From the NCBI GenBank assembly GCA_963758635.1, contig CAVWWD010000003.1, positions 907,184-971,183 on the forward strand: a stretch of 64,000 bases of DNA. Direction: 5' to 3'. The notes beneath the pieces are model-generated. The model saw only the letters and a list, made by a program, of their open reading frames with translations, was not told where the DNA came from and made no database searches. The position numbers were made by a program, and so were the translations under genes. The DNA comes from an uncultured Candidatus Rokubacteria bacterium (GTDB lineage: Bacteria > Methylomirabilota > Methylomirabilia > Rokubacteriales > CSP1-6). Numbering within the stretch: position 1 is the stretch's first letter; each line of letters begins with the position of its first letter. Shown here piece after piece: positions 1 through 11,169 of the stretch.

Positions 1-28
1 CTCGGGCGCGGGACGCATCATAGCCGCG

Positions 29-529
29 TCAGAGCAGCTTTTCCATGATCAGGGTGTCCACCCAGCGATCGTCCAGCCGGCCCATCTCCCGGTACACGCC
101 CACCCGCTGGAACCCCATGCGCTCGTACAGGGCCACGCCGGCCCCGTTCCACGGGAACGCGGACAGCACGAGCTTGTGGTAGCCGAGCGCGCGGCCGGCC
201 TCGATCAGGCGCTCGAGGAGGCGGCGCCCCACGCCGCGGCCCCGCCACGCGCGCTCGACGTACACGGAAAAATCCGCCACGTGGTCATAGGCGGGACGGG
301 GGTTGAACGAGTTGAGGCTGGCCCAGCCCACGACCGGCCCGTCGGCCACCGCGACGAGCACGGGATGGCGCGGGCCCCGGGCGGCCAGCCACGCTCGGCG
401 CTCGTCGGGCGTGCGGAGCTCAGTCTCGAGCGTGGCGATCCGGTCCTCGATGCCCTGGTTGTAGATCTCGCAGATCGCCGCGGCGTCCGCCGCGACGGCG
501 TCACGGACCACGAGGTCGGTCTTCGACAT
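29..529 (-). CDS. GNAT family N-acetyltransferase (phosphinothricin acetyltransferase-like)
   Basis: C-terminal 166 codons of minus ORF 29..1705 starting MSKTDLVVRDAVAADAAAICEIYNQ...; acetyl-CoA-binding-like RGRGVGRRLLERL motif; ATG (cat) at 527-529. Confidence 0.7.
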   Translation of the reverse strand: MSKTDLVVRDAVAADAAAICEIYNQGIEDRIATLETELRTPDERRAWLAARGPRHPVLVAVADGPVVGWASLNSFNPRPAYDHVADFSVYVERAWRGRGVGRRLLERLIEAGRALGYHKLVLSAFPWNGAGVALYERMGFQRVGVYREMGRLDDRWVDTLIMEKLL

Positions 530-649
530 GAGCCGCTGCGCCTCCACGGTGAGATGCTCCGGTATAATGCCAGCCGTGCTCGACGGCAAGCCTTCACTCA
601 TGCGACGCGCAAGGAGTTCGTCCGACCCGGCCGCCCCGCTGGTGCCCCG

Positions 650-1642
650 ATGAAGCCCCTCGTGGTGGTCGGCGGGGCCATCCACGCCGACGGGATCGCG
701 CTGCTCGAGACCGAGGCCCGCGTGACCGTGATCGATCGGGCCACCGAGGCGCAGATGATCGGGGTGGCCAGGGACGCCGCGGGCATCCTGTTCATCCTCG
801 AGCCCCCGTGCACCCGCTCGCTGATGGCCGCGTGCCCGTCGCTCCGGGTCGTGGGGCGTCATGGGGTGGGCCTCGACACCGTGGACCTGCCCGCCGCCAC
901 CGACCTCGGCATCGCCGTGGTCCACGCGCCGGGGTCGAACTCCGACTCGGTGGCCGAGCACGCCATGATGCTCATCCTGGGCGCGGTGAAGAACGTGGTG
1001 GTGGTGGACCGGCTCACCCGGAAGTCCGACTGGTCGGAGGCCCGCTGGCGGGGCAACTTCGAGGTCCGGGGCAAGACCCTCGGCATCGTCGGCGTGGGGA
1101 ACATCGGCCGCCGGGTCGCGCGCATGGCCGCGGCCTTCGGCATGCGGGTGATCGGCTACGATCCCTACCTGCCCGCCGCCGAGCTCGCCGCCCGCGGCGC
1201 CGAGCCGATGGCGAGCCTGGCCGCCCTCCTCGGCCAGGCCGACGTGATCACGTGCCACACGCCGCACACGCCCGAGACCCACCACATGATCGACGCCACC
1301 GCGGTGCAGCGGATGAAGGACGGCGTGGTCTTCGTCAACACCTCCCGCGGCAAGGTGCAGGACGAGGCGGCGCTCCTCGCCGGCCTCAAGAGCGGCAAGA
1401 TCGCGCGCGCGGGGCTCGACGTGTTCGAGGAGGAGCCGATCTCGTCGGACAGCGAGCTCCTCCACCAGGACAACGTGATCGTCACCTCGCACCTGGCCGG
1501 CGTGACCGGCGAGAGCATGCGCGGGATGGCGCTCCAGGTCACGGGGGAGATGCTGCGCCTGCTGCGGGGCGAGCGTCCCCACGTGGTGGCGAACGCGGAC
1601 GTGCTCGCCACGCTGACCCACCTCGTGCCCCCCACGCGATGA
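650..1642 (+). CDS. D-isomer-specific 2-hydroxyacid dehydrogenase (phosphoglycerate dehydrogenase-like), NAD-binding
   Basis: ORF 176..1642 from internal ATG MKPLVVVGG...; GIVGVGNIGRRVA Rossmann motif; catalytic-domain similarity. Confidence 0.7.
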   Translation: MKPLVVVGGAIHADGIALLETEARVTVIDRATEAQMIGVARDAAGILFILEPPCTRSLMAACPSLRVVGRHGVGLDTVDLPAATDLGIAVVHAPGSNSDSVAEHAMMLILGAVKNVVVVDRLTRKSDWSEARWRGNFEVRGKTLGIVGVGNIGRRVARMAAAFGMRVIGYDPYLPAAELAARGAEPMASLAALLGQADVITCHTPHTPETHHMIDATAVQRMKDGVVFVNTSRGKVQDEAALLAGLKSGKIARAGLDVFEEEPISSDSELLHQDNVIVTSHLAGVTGESMRGMALQVTGEMLRLLRGERPHVVANADVLATLTHLVPPTR

Positions 1643-1754
1643 GGTCGCACATGAGTGACGAGCCGGCGCTGCGCGTGGACGCGGAATCGCGGTATCGGCC
1701 CGCATGGCGAAGTCGAATTCCGGAGTCCTTCACACCCTCGACGAGGAGTCCGCG

Positions 1755-2543
1755 ATGCCGATAGATCCTCGCCATCCCAAGGAGATCCGCGCCGACATCC
1801 GCCGGGGCGCGCTCACCGGCGTCACCGCCGGCCTCGCCCCCGGGTTCGTGCAGGCGAACCTCGCGATCCTCCCGAGGGACGCGGCGTACGATTTCCTCCT
1901 CTTCTGCCAGCGGAACCCGCGTCCCTGTCCCCTGATCGAGGTGACCGACGTGGGCTCGCCGGAGCCGGTGGGCGTCGCCCCGGGGGCCGACCTGCGCACG
2001 GACCTGCCGAAGTACCGCATCTACAAGGACGGCGTCCTCGCCGACGAGGTCACCGACCTCACGCCGTTCTGGCGCGACGACCTCGTGTCGTTCCTCCTCG
2101 GCTGCTCGTTCACGTTCGAGTGGGCGCTGCTCGACGCCGGCATCCCGCTGCGCCACATCGACACGGGCAAGAACGTGGCGATGTGGAAGACGTCCATCGA
2201 CTGCCGGCCCGCCGGCCGCTTTCACGGGCCGATGGTCGTGTCCATGCGCCCCATCCCGCAGGCGATGCTGCCCAAGGCGGTGACGGCCTCCGCGCGCTTC
2301 CCGGGCGCCCACGGCGCGCCCATCCACATGGGCGACCCGGCCGCGATCGGCATCGCCGACGTGGACCGGCCGGACTGGGGCGACTCGGTCGGCGTGCGCG
2401 CCGGCGAGGTTCCCGTGTTCTGGGCCTGCGGCGTGACCCCGCAGGCGGTGGCGCTGGCGTCGAAGCCGTCGTTCATGATGACCCACAGCCCCGGCCACAT
2501 GTTCATCACCGATGTCCCGAACCACGCGCTGTCGGTGATGTGA
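1755..2543 (+). CDS. DUF1445 family putative hydro-lyase (D-glutamate cyclase-like)
   Basis: ORF 1704..2543; ATG at 1755 preceded by gaggag RBS; conserved QANLAILP...DFLLFCQRNPRPCP block typical of DUF1445. Confidence 0.55.
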   Translation: MPIDPRHPKEIRADIRRGALTGVTAGLAPGFVQANLAILPRDAAYDFLLFCQRNPRPCPLIEVTDVGSPEPVGVAPGADLRTDLPKYRIYKDGVLADEVTDLTPFWRDDLVSFLLGCSFTFEWALLDAGIPLRHIDTGKNVAMWKTSIDCRPAGRFHGPMVVSMRPIPQAMLPKAVTASARFPGAHGAPIHMGDPAAIGIADVDRPDWGDSVGVRAGEVPVFWACGVTPQAVALASKPSFMMTHSPGHMFITDVPNHALSVM

Positions 2544-2594
2544 CATGGGCAACGCGCAGCGGTTCTCCGTTCCCGCCTGAGCGGGCCAACCGCC

Positions 2595-3356
2595 GTGGGC
2601 CTCTACGCCGAGCCGCGCCTGGCCCCGTGCGGCGACCTCGCCGTGGCCGTGGAGCTGGGCGACGAGATCAGCCGCGAGGTCAACGAGCGCGTCCTCGCCC
2701 TCGACTCGTTGATCGCCACGCGGGCCGTCCCCGGCATCGTCGAGACCGTCCCGAGCTTCCGCTCGCTCCTGGTCTACTACGAGCCGCGGGTCGTGTCGCA
2801 CCAGGCCTTGGCCGCCACGCTCCGCGCCCTCGCCGCGGAGGCGGGCGCGGCGCCGCCGGCGGCGGCGCGGACGGTCGAGCTCCCGTGCTGCTACGGCGGC
2901 GAGCTGGGCTTCGAGCTGGCCGCGGCGGCCAGGCGCCTGGGCCTCGCCGAGGACGAGGTGGCCCGCCTGCACGCGACGGCCGACTACCACGTCTACTTCG
3001 TGGGGTTCACGCCGGGGCTCCCGTACCTGGCGGGCATGCCCGACGCGCTGGCGATCCCGCGGCTCGAGACCCCGCGCACCCGCACGCCTCCGGGCAGCGT
3101 GTCCATCGGCGGCTCGCAGTGCTGCATCTACTCGGTGGAGAGCCCGGGCGGGTTCTGGGTGCTCGGGCGGACGCCGCTGCGGCTCTACGACCCGCGTGCC
3201 GCCGACCCGATCCTGCTCCGCGCGGGGGACCGCGTGCGCTTCCGCGCGATCGATCGAGCGGAGTTCGACGCGATCGCCGCCGCCGTGGCCGCGGGCGAGT
3301 TCCGGCCCCTCATTGGGGCGACCCCAGGAGAGACCCGGGGGGAGGCCCGGCCCTGA
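2595..3356 (+). CDS. pxpB: 5-oxoprolinase subunit B (PxpB / KipI, allophanate-hydrolase subunit 1 family)
   Basis: ORF 2595..3356; characteristic LAVAVELGDEI...VNERV...IVETVPSFRSLLVYYEP pattern. Confidence 0.65.
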   Translation: MGLYAEPRLAPCGDLAVAVELGDEISREVNERVLALDSLIATRAVPGIVETVPSFRSLLVYYEPRVVSHQALAATLRALAAEAGAAPPAAARTVELPCCYGGELGFELAAAARRLGLAEDEVARLHATADYHVYFVGFTPGLPYLAGMPDALAIPRLETPRTRTPPGSVSIGGSQCCIYSVESPGGFWVLGRTPLRLYDPRAADPILLRAGDRVRFRAIDRAEFDAIAAAVAAGEFRPLIGATPGETRGEARP

Positions 3357-3367
3357 GCGAGGCGCGC

Positions 3368-4297
3368 GTGGTCGTGCGGGAGGCCGGGCCTCTCACCACG
3401 GTGCAGGATCTCGGGCGGCTCGGCCACCTCCGTGTCGGCATCCCGCCCTCGGGTCCGGTGGACCGCGCGGCCTTCCTCCTCGCCAACCGTCTCGTGGGGA
3501 ATCCCGACGGTGCCGGCGGCCTCGAGTGCACGCTGGTCGGCCCGCGGCTCGAGTTCGCGGACGACCGCGTGGTCGCGGTGACGGGCGCGGAGATGCCGGT
3601 CAGCCTGAACGGAACGGAGGCGCCGCGCTGGACGTCGGTCGCGGTGCGGGCGGGCGACGTCCTGCGTCTCGGCCCCGCGCGCGCGGGCGCGCGCGCGTAC
3701 GTCGCCGTGTCGGGCGGGATCCAGACGCCGCTGGCCCTCGGCTCGCGCTCGACCTACGTGCGCGGGCAGCTGGGCGGCCTCGACGGCCGGGCTCTGCGCA
3801 CTGGTGATACCCTGCCCCTGGGCCCGGCGGGCGTGAGCCGGCCGTCGCGCGTGCGGCGCGACCGCATCCCCGACTACGCAGCGCCGCTCGAAGCGCGGGT
3901 GGTGCTGGGACCCCAGGACGACCGCTTCACGGCGGCGGGCATCGCCGCCTTTCTCGATGGCGTGTACGAGATGCTGCCGCAATCGGACCGCATGGGCGCC
4001 CGCTTCCGCGGGCCGCGCATCGAGCACGCGCGCGGCCACGACATCATGTCCGACGGCATCGCGCTCGGCGGCATCCAGGTGGTGGGCGACGGCCAGCCCA
4101 TCGTGCTCCTCGTGGACCGGCAGTCGACCGGCGGCTACACGAAGATCGCCACCGTCTGCTCCTTCGACGTCGACCGCGTCGGGCAGCTCAAGCCCGGCCA
4201 GCCGATCCGCTTCCGGCGGATCGGCGTCGCCGACGCCCACGCCCTCCTCGCCGCCCGTCGCCGCGACCTGGACGACGCGATGGAGCCGGCGGAGTGA
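3368..4297 (+). CDS. pxpC: 5-oxoprolinase subunit C (PxpC / KipA, allophanate-hydrolase subunit 2 family)
   Basis: Tail of ORF 1655..4297 in frame after the pxpB stop; GTG at 3368; TTVQDLGRLGHLRVGIPPSGPVD motif. Confidence 0.65.
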   Translation: MVVREAGPLTTVQDLGRLGHLRVGIPPSGPVDRAAFLLANRLVGNPDGAGGLECTLVGPRLEFADDRVVAVTGAEMPVSLNGTEAPRWTSVAVRAGDVLRLGPARAGARAYVAVSGGIQTPLALGSRSTYVRGQLGGLDGRALRTGDTLPLGPAGVSRPSRVRRDRIPDYAAPLEARVVLGPQDDRFTAAGIAAFLDGVYEMLPQSDRMGARFRGPRIEHARGHDIMSDGIALGGIQVVGDGQPIVLLVDRQSTGGYTKIATVCSFDVDRVGQLKPGQPIRFRRIGVADAHALLAARRRDLDDAMEPAE

Positions 4298-4355
4298 CGG
4301 GTCGCGCGGGGCCACCGTCGCGGCCGGACCGGCGAGGGAAGGGAAGCGGCGCGGC

Positions 4356-5186
4356 ATGACCCGGCGGCTCGTGATCTGGCTGGCTCTCGGCGCCATCGTC
4401 GCGGGATGCGCGCCGGCGGCCGGGCCCGCGCTCGTGCGTGTCGAGCGCATGACCGCGCCCCCGCTGCCCGCCGACCCGAGCGACGAGCGCCTGCTGTCCA
4501 CGGTGTCGTGGGCCCTCACCCAGCGCCTCGGCCTGCCGCTGTCGCTGCCCGTGCACGTGCACTTCTACCCGAGCCAGGCCGAGTTCGAGCGCGCCCTCAC
4601 CGCGGAGGCCCGCAGCGACAACCCGCTCGTCAAGGACCAGGCGCGCTACGCCACCGGCGTGGGCACGGCGAACGGCATCCACCTGCGCGGCGACCGGCTC
4701 GCGTCCGTTCCCCTCGAGGTCCGCGTGGCGCTCTTCGCCCACGAGCTCACCCACGTGAGCCAGTACGAGCTGGCGGGCGGCCGGCGGGCCACGTCGGAGC
4801 AGTGGCTGCGCGAGGGCTTCGCCGACTGGGTGCAGTTCCGCGCCACGGATCTCCTGTCCATCCGTCCCTACGCGGAGTCGCGGCGGCGCGTGGTCGAGTT
4901 CGTGCGACGCGGCGGCCCGGCGGACCGCTTCCCCTCTCTCGGCCTGCTCGTCAGCAACCGGCAGTGGATCCTCGCCCGCACCGAGCTGGGGAGCGCCGCC
5001 ACCTACGGCCAGGCGTTCCTCGCCACGGACTGGCTCATCGAGCGCCACGGCAGCGACCGCGTCGTGGAGTACTTCCGGCGATTCGCCTCGGTGGACGATC
5101 GCGCGAGGAACTTCCGGGCGGCGTTCGGTCGTCCGCCCGGGGAGTTCGCCCAGGAGTTCCGGGCGCGCCTCGCCTCGCTGCTCTGA
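4356..5186 (+). CDS. putative zinc-metallopeptidase lipoprotein (HExxH)
   Basis: Internal ATG of ORF 3957..5186 (MTRRLVIWLALGAIVAGCAP, lipobox); FAHELTHV HExxH motif. Confidence 0.4.
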   Translation: MTRRLVIWLALGAIVAGCAPAAGPALVRVERMTAPPLPADPSDERLLSTVSWALTQRLGLPLSLPVHVHFYPSQAEFERALTAEARSDNPLVKDQARYATGVGTANGIHLRGDRLASVPLEVRVALFAHELTHVSQYELAGGRRATSEQWLREGFADWVQFRATDLLSIRPYAESRRRVVEFVRRGGPADRFPSLGLLVSNRQWILARTELGSAATYGQAFLATDWLIERHGSDRVVEYFRRFASVDDRARNFRAAFGRPPGEFAQEFRARLASLL

Positions 5187-5226
5187 TGGGTATCGTCCGC
5201 GCCGTCACGCGCGTGCGCCGGCCACC

Positions 5227-5931
5227 GTGCCGACGATCCTGACCCACGCGGTGGTTGCGGTCGGGCTGGCACGGCTCCTGCCAAAGCCGTTGCCCGTGGC
5301 CGCGTCGCTCCTGGGCGCCGGCGTGGCGATCCTGCCCGACGTGGACGTCCTCGCCTGGCCCCTCGGCCTCGCCCGCGACTCCGCGTGGGCGCACCGGGGC
5401 CTCACGCATTCGCTTCCCGCCGCCGCGGTGACGGCGGCCGCGCTGGCGCTCGCGGCGCGGCGGTGGATCGGCGTCGGGACGCCGCTCCTCGCCGCGTACC
5501 TCCTGGCCGCGATGGCCTCCCACGGCCTGCTCGACGCCGCCACCAACGGCGGCTGGGGCGTGGCCTTCTGGGCGCCCTTCGACATGGAGCGCCACTTCTT
5601 CACGTGGCGTCCCGTGGAGGTGTCGCCGGTCGGGTGGAGCTTCGTCGGCCGCCGGGGCCTCGCGGTGCTGTGGAGCGAGCTCCGGTGGATCTGGCTCCCT
5701 CTCGCCGCCGTGATCACGACCGTGGAGGTCGTGCGAAGCGAGCCGAAGGCAGTGGCAGTGCGCAGCGAGCCGAAGGCGAGTGGCAGTGCGAAGCGAGCCG
5801 AAGGCGAGCGGAGCGAACAAGGAAATGCCGTGGAAACAACCGCCGACCGACAACCGCTGACCGACCACCGCCGACGGACCGCACCTGACCGCGGGCGCGC
5901 GCGGATTGCGGCCTCCGAAGGGCTCGATTAA
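5227..5931 (+). CDS. YdjM/DUF457-like membrane-bound metal-dependent hydrolase; 3' end probably inflated by intergenic repeat
   Basis: ORF 5227..5931 (GTG start) MPTILTHAVVAVGLARLL...; C-terminal VVRSEPKAVAVRSEPKASG... is translated tandem repeat DNA. Confidence 0.45.
   Translation: MPTILTHAVVAVGLARLLPKPLPVAASLLGAGVAILPDVDVLAWPLGLARDSAWAHRGLTHSLPAAAVTAAALALAARRWIGVGTPLLAAYLLAAMASHGLLDAATNGGWGVAFWAPFDMERHFFTWRPVEVSPVGWSFVGRRGLAVLWSELRWIWLPLAAVITTVEVVRSEPKAVAVRSEPKASGSAKRAEGERSEQGNAVETTADRQPLTDHRRRTAPDRGRARIAASEGLD
5731..5860. repeat. composite short repeat element, copy A: three tandem gtgcg(a/c)agcgagccgaagg units plus tail ...aatgccgtggaaacaacc
   Basis: Direct inspection; near-identical inverted copy at ~42941-43095. 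Confidence 0.7.
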
Positions 5932-5957
5932 GATGTGTGGGGCCTTCCAAGGACTCG

Positions 5958-7076
<1,119 letters not shown>

Positions 7077-7087
7077 GAGCGCATCCG

Positions 7088-7480
7088 ATGGCGAACGTTC
7101 CGGCCGACCTGCGGTACACCCGCGAGCACGAGTGGGCGAAGGTGGAGGGTGACCGCGCCCGCATCGGGATCACCGACTTCGCGCAGAAGGAGCTCGGCGA
7201 CGTGGTCTTCGTCGAGCTGCCCAAGGTGGGCGCGAAGGTCACCGCCCTGACGACGTTCGGGGTGGTGGAGTCGGTGAAGGCCGTCTCCGATCTCTACGCG
7301 CCGCTCTCCGGCGAGATCGCGGAGGTCAACGCGGATCTCGCCAAGACCCCGGAGCTGGTCAACAGCGACCCCTACGGGGCGGGCTGGATGGTCGTGGTCA
7401 CGCTCTCGAAGCCGGCGGAGACGGGCGAGCTGATGACCGCCGACGCCTACCGCCAGCTCATCGAAGGCGCGGGGCACTGA
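7088..7480 (+). CDS. gcvH: glycine cleavage system H protein
   Basis: ORF 7088..7480; lipoyl-lysine context [18 protein letters not shown]. Confidence 0.85.
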   Translation: MANVPADLRYTREHEWAKVEGDRARIGITDFAQKELGDVVFVELPKVGAKVTALTTFGVVESVKAVSDLYAPLSGEIAEVNADLAKTPELVNSDPYGAGWMVVVTLSKPAETGELMTADAYRQLIEGAGH

Positions 7481-7493
7481 GGGGCTCACTCGC

Positions 7494-8837
7494 GTGCGCT
7501 ACATCTCGAACACCCCGGCCCAGCAGCGCGAGATGCTCGCCACGATCGGGGCGGCGAGCATCGAGGACCTGCTCGCGGCGATCCCGCCGAAGGCCCGGCT
7601 GTCGCGGCCGCTGGCCCTGCCCGCGGCGATGGCCGAGACCGACCTCGTGCGCCACCTCCGCGCGCTCGCCGGGAAGAACGCCGACGCGAACGACCACGCG
7701 TGCTTCCTGGGCGCCGGCGCCTACGACCACGCGGCGCCGAGCCCCATCGACCACCTCGTCCTGCGCGGCGAGTTCTTCACCGCGTACACGCCGTACCAGC
7801 CGGAGGCGAGCCAGGGCACGCTCCGCACCATCTTCGAGTACCAGACCATGATGGCGGAGCTGACGGGCATGGACGTGGCCAACGCGTCCCTCTACGACGC
7901 GGCGTCGTCCCTGGCCGAGGCCGCCCTCATGGCGCACTCGGCGACGGGGCGCGGCGAGGTGGCGCTGTCCCGCGGAGTGAATCCGCTCTACCGCCAGGTC
8001 GTCGAGACGTACGGCGAGGGGCCCGCGCTCCGCGTGCGAACCGTCCCCATCGGCGACGGCGTCACCGACCTCGAGGCGCTCGCGAAGGTCGTCTCCGAGC
8101 GGACCGCCGCCGTCGTCGTCCAGTACCCGAACTTCTTCGGCTGCCTCGAGGACGTGCGCGCGGCGGGGGAGATCGCCCACGCCGCCGGCGCGCTCCTCGT
8201 GGTCGTCGCGGACCCCGTGAACCTCGGCCTGCTCACCCCGCCCGGCGCCTTCGGCGCCGACATCGTCGTGGGCGAGGGGCAGGGGCTGGGCGTGCCGCTG
8301 TCCTTCGGCGGGCCGTACCTGGGCGTCTTCGCCGCGCGGCAGGAGCTGGTCCGGCGCATGCCCGGCCGCCTCGTCGGCGCCACCGTGGACCGCGACGGGC
8401 AGCGCGGCTTCGTGCTCACGCTGCAGACCCGCGAGCAGCACATCCGGCGCGACAAGGCCACCTCGAACATCTGCACGAACGTGGCGCTCTGCGCGCTGAT
8501 GGCCACGATCTACGTGGCCATCCTCGGCAAGCAGGGGCTCCGGCGCGTCGGCGAGCTGTCCCTCGCCAAGGCCCACTACGCGGCCGGGGAGCTCGCGCGC
8601 ATCCCCGGCGTGCGGCTCCGCTACGGCGCGCCGTTCTTCAAGGAGTTCACGCTGGACCTGCCGAAGGCGCCCGAGCGTGTGGCCAAGCGTCTGCTCCGCG
8701 ACCGCATCCTCGCCGGCGTGCCCCTGAAGGCGTTCGACCGCACGCTCAAGAGCGCGCTCCTCGTGGCCGTGACCGAGCGGCGCACGCGCGAGGAGATCGA
8801 CGCCCTCGTCGCGGGCGTCGGCCGCGCGGTGGCCTGA
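7494..8837 (+). CDS. gcvPA: glycine dehydrogenase (decarboxylating) subunit 1
   Basis: ORF 7494..8837 (GTG start), 447 aa, GcvPA similarity throughout. Confidence 0.85.
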   Translation: MRYISNTPAQQREMLATIGAASIEDLLAAIPPKARLSRPLALPAAMAETDLVRHLRALAGKNADANDHACFLGAGAYDHAAPSPIDHLVLRGEFFTAYTPYQPEASQGTLRTIFEYQTMMAELTGMDVANASLYDAASSLAEAALMAHSATGRGEVALSRGVNPLYRQVVETYGEGPALRVRTVPIGDGVTDLEALAKVVSERTAAVVVQYPNFFGCLEDVRAAGEIAHAAGALLVVVADPVNLGLLTPPGAFGADIVVGEGQGLGVPLSFGGPYLGVFAARQELVRRMPGRLVGATVDRDGQRGFVLTLQTREQHIRRDKATSNICTNVALCALMATIYVAILGKQGLRRVGELSLAKAHYAAGELARIPGVRLRYGAPFFKEFTLDLPKAPERVAKRLLRDRILAGVPLKAFDRTLKSALLVAVTERRTREEIDALVAGVGRAVA

Positions 8838-8840
8838 GCC

Positions 8841-10317
8841 ATGGCCGCCACGCGTCCGAGTTACGACAAGCTGATCTTCGAGCTGTCCGCGCCGGGGCGG
8901 TTCGCCCACTCGCTGCCCGCCGCCGACGTGCCGGTGACGGATCCCGCCGCGCTCCTGCCCGCCGCCTTCGTGCGGCCGGCCCCGCCCGAGCTGCCCGAGG
9001 TGTCCGAGGTGGACGTGGTCCGCCACTACTCGCGCCTGTCGCAGATGAACTACGGGCTCGACACGCACTTCTACCCGCTCGGCTCCTGCACGATGAAGTA
9101 CAACCCGAAGATCAACGAGGACATGGCGCGCCTGCCCGGCTTCGCGCGGCTGCACCCGCTCACCCCCGCGGCGGCCGCGCAGGGCGCGCTCCAGGTCATG
9201 CACGAGCTGGCCCGGGACCTCGCCGAGGTCTCGGGCATGGATCACGTCTCGCTCCAGCCCGCGGCGGGGGCGCAGGGCGAGCTGGCCGGCGTGCTGATGA
9301 TCCGCGCCTGGCACCTCTCCCGCGGCGAGCGGCGCCACAAGGTCCTCGTCCCGGACTCCGCGCACGGCACCAACCCCGCCACCACCGCGCTCGCCGGCTT
9401 CCAGGTGGTCGAGCTCACGTCCGAGGCGACCGGCGAGGTCGACCTCGGCGACCTCGAGAAGAATCTGTCCGAGGACGTGGCCGCGTTCATGATCACGCAG
9501 CCGAACACGCTCGGCATGTTCGAGTCGCGGATCCACGCAGATCACCGAGATGTGCCACGCCCGCGGCGTCCAGGTGTACATGGACGGGGCGAACTTCAAC
9601 GCGATCCTCGGCATCACGCGCCCGGGCGACCTCGGCTTCGACGTGTGCCACTTCAACCTGCACAAGACGTTCACGACGCCGCACGGGGGCGGCGGGCCGG
9701 GCGCGGGCCCGGTGGGCGTGAAGGCGCACCTCGCGCCGTTCCTGCCCACGCCGGTCGTGGCGCAGCGCGCGGACGGCGCCTACGACCTCGACTGGCGACG
9801 GCCGCAGTCCATCGGCAAGCTCGTCACGTTCTGGGGCCACTTCGGCATGTTCGTGCGCGCCCTCGCCTACATCCGCACCATGGGCGGAGACGGGCTGCGC
9901 GCGGTGTCCGACAACGCCGTCCTCAACGCCAACTACGTGCTCCGGCGCCTCGAGGGCCACTACGACCGCTCGGCTCCCGGGCCGTGCATGCACGAGTGCG
10001 TCGTGTCGGCGCGGCGCCAGAAGAAGCTCGGCGTCACCGCCATGGACATCGCCAAGCGGCTCCTGGACCTGGGCTTCTACGCGCCCTCGACGTACTTCCC
10101 GCTGATCGTCGAGGAAGCGCTGATGATCGAGCCCACCGAGACGGAGTCCCGGGAGACCCTCGACGCGTTCTGTGACGCCCTGGTGCAGATCGCGCGCGAG
10201 GCCGAGACCGACCCCGCGGTCATCCACGAGGCTCCGGTGACCACGCCGGTGCGGCGGCTCGACCAGACGCTGGCCGCGCGGCGGCCGGTGCTGCGGTGGA
10301 CGCCGCCCGCCCGGTGA
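8841..10317 (+). pseudogene. gcvPB: glycine dehydrogenase subunit 2 interrupted by a single extra base near 9538
   Basis: N-terminal 230 aa in ORF 8841..10175, C-terminal 255 aa in ORF 9550..10317 (+1 frame); removing one c from cacg[c]agatcaccgag restores ...[28 protein letters not shown]. Confidence 0.75.
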
Positions 10318-11169
10318 CGCGCTTCCGCCTGCTCGTCACGGAGCCCCTCGACGGCGCCTGGAACATGGCGCTGGACGAGGCGCTCCTCCAGAGCCGGCTC
10401 GACGGCGACGGGGCGCCCACGCTGCGGTTCTTCGGCTGGTCGCCCCCCACCGTGTCGCTCGGCTTCGGACAGCGCCTCGAAGCGCGGCATCGACCATGAC
10501 GCCATCCGCCGTCTCGGACTGGGGTTGGTCCGGCGGCCGACGGGTGGGAGCGCCATCCTCCACGAGGGCCCGGACCTCGAGCTGACCTACAGCGTGATCG
10601 CGGGCGCCGCCGACTTCCCCGGCGCCGACGACCTGCTGGGCACGTACCGCTGGATCGGCGACGGCCTCTGCGCGGGCCTCGCAGCGCTCGGCGCGCCGGT
10701 GGAGATGGTGCCGGCGCAGCCGTCCGATCCCGCGACGATGCCCGCCTTCTGCTTCGCGCGAACGGGCTCGTACGAGCTCGAGGTGGCGGGGAAGAAGCTC
10801 GTCGGCAGCGCCCAGCGCCGCCAGGGCCGCGCGTTCCTTCAGCACGGCGCCATCATGCTCGGCGCCGACCCGGCCCGGCTCCGCCAGGTGTTCACGGGGG
10901 CGGCCGATCCGCTCGGCGGCATGACCACGCTCGAGGCCGTGCTCGGCCGCCGCCCGACGTTCGGCGAGGTGGCGGAGAAGCTCGCCGAGGGCATGGCCTC
11001 CGCCCACGGCATCGAGGTCGCGCCGGGCGGGCTCTCCGAGCGCGAGATGGCGGTGGCCGCGGGGCTCGTGGACGGAAAGTACGGCGCCGCGGAGTGGACG
11101 CGCGCGGGGCGCGTCGTCACCGACCTCGCGCGCGTGTCCGCCGGCTCGGCGACCGAGGGCGCCCGATGA
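10296..11169 (+). pseudogene. lplA: lipoate-protein ligase (LplA/LipB family) with a single-base frameshift near 10485
   Basis: ORF 10296..10499 (...PTVSLGFGQRLEA) continues in ORF 10525..11169 frame as GIDHDAIRRLGLGLVRRPTGGSAILH; follows the gcv operon. Confidence 0.65.

Noticed and set aside
1539-2990. Long antisense ORFs throughout the window (for example 1539..2990-, 3185..4519-, 5035..5868-, 5928..7055-, 7458..9749-, 7700..9721+, 11554..12603-, 16142..17452-, 24952..26865-, 53091..54944-)
   Set aside because: They overlap well-supported conserved genes on the other strand or frame, are Arg/Ala/Gly/Pro-rich with no domain signal, and are expected stop-codon-poor artefacts of very high GC content.
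5731-5860. Possible CRISPR array (regularly spaced direct repeats)
   Set aside because: There are only three 19-bp units with ~9-bp 'spacers', far too short for CRISPR spacers. A homologous inverted copy exists elsewhere and no cas genes are present.
9530-9545. The single-base frame shifts as programmed ribosomal frameshifting
   Set aside because: There are no slippery heptamers or stimulatory structures; the sites are scattered in unrelated housekeeping genes; the pattern fits indel error.
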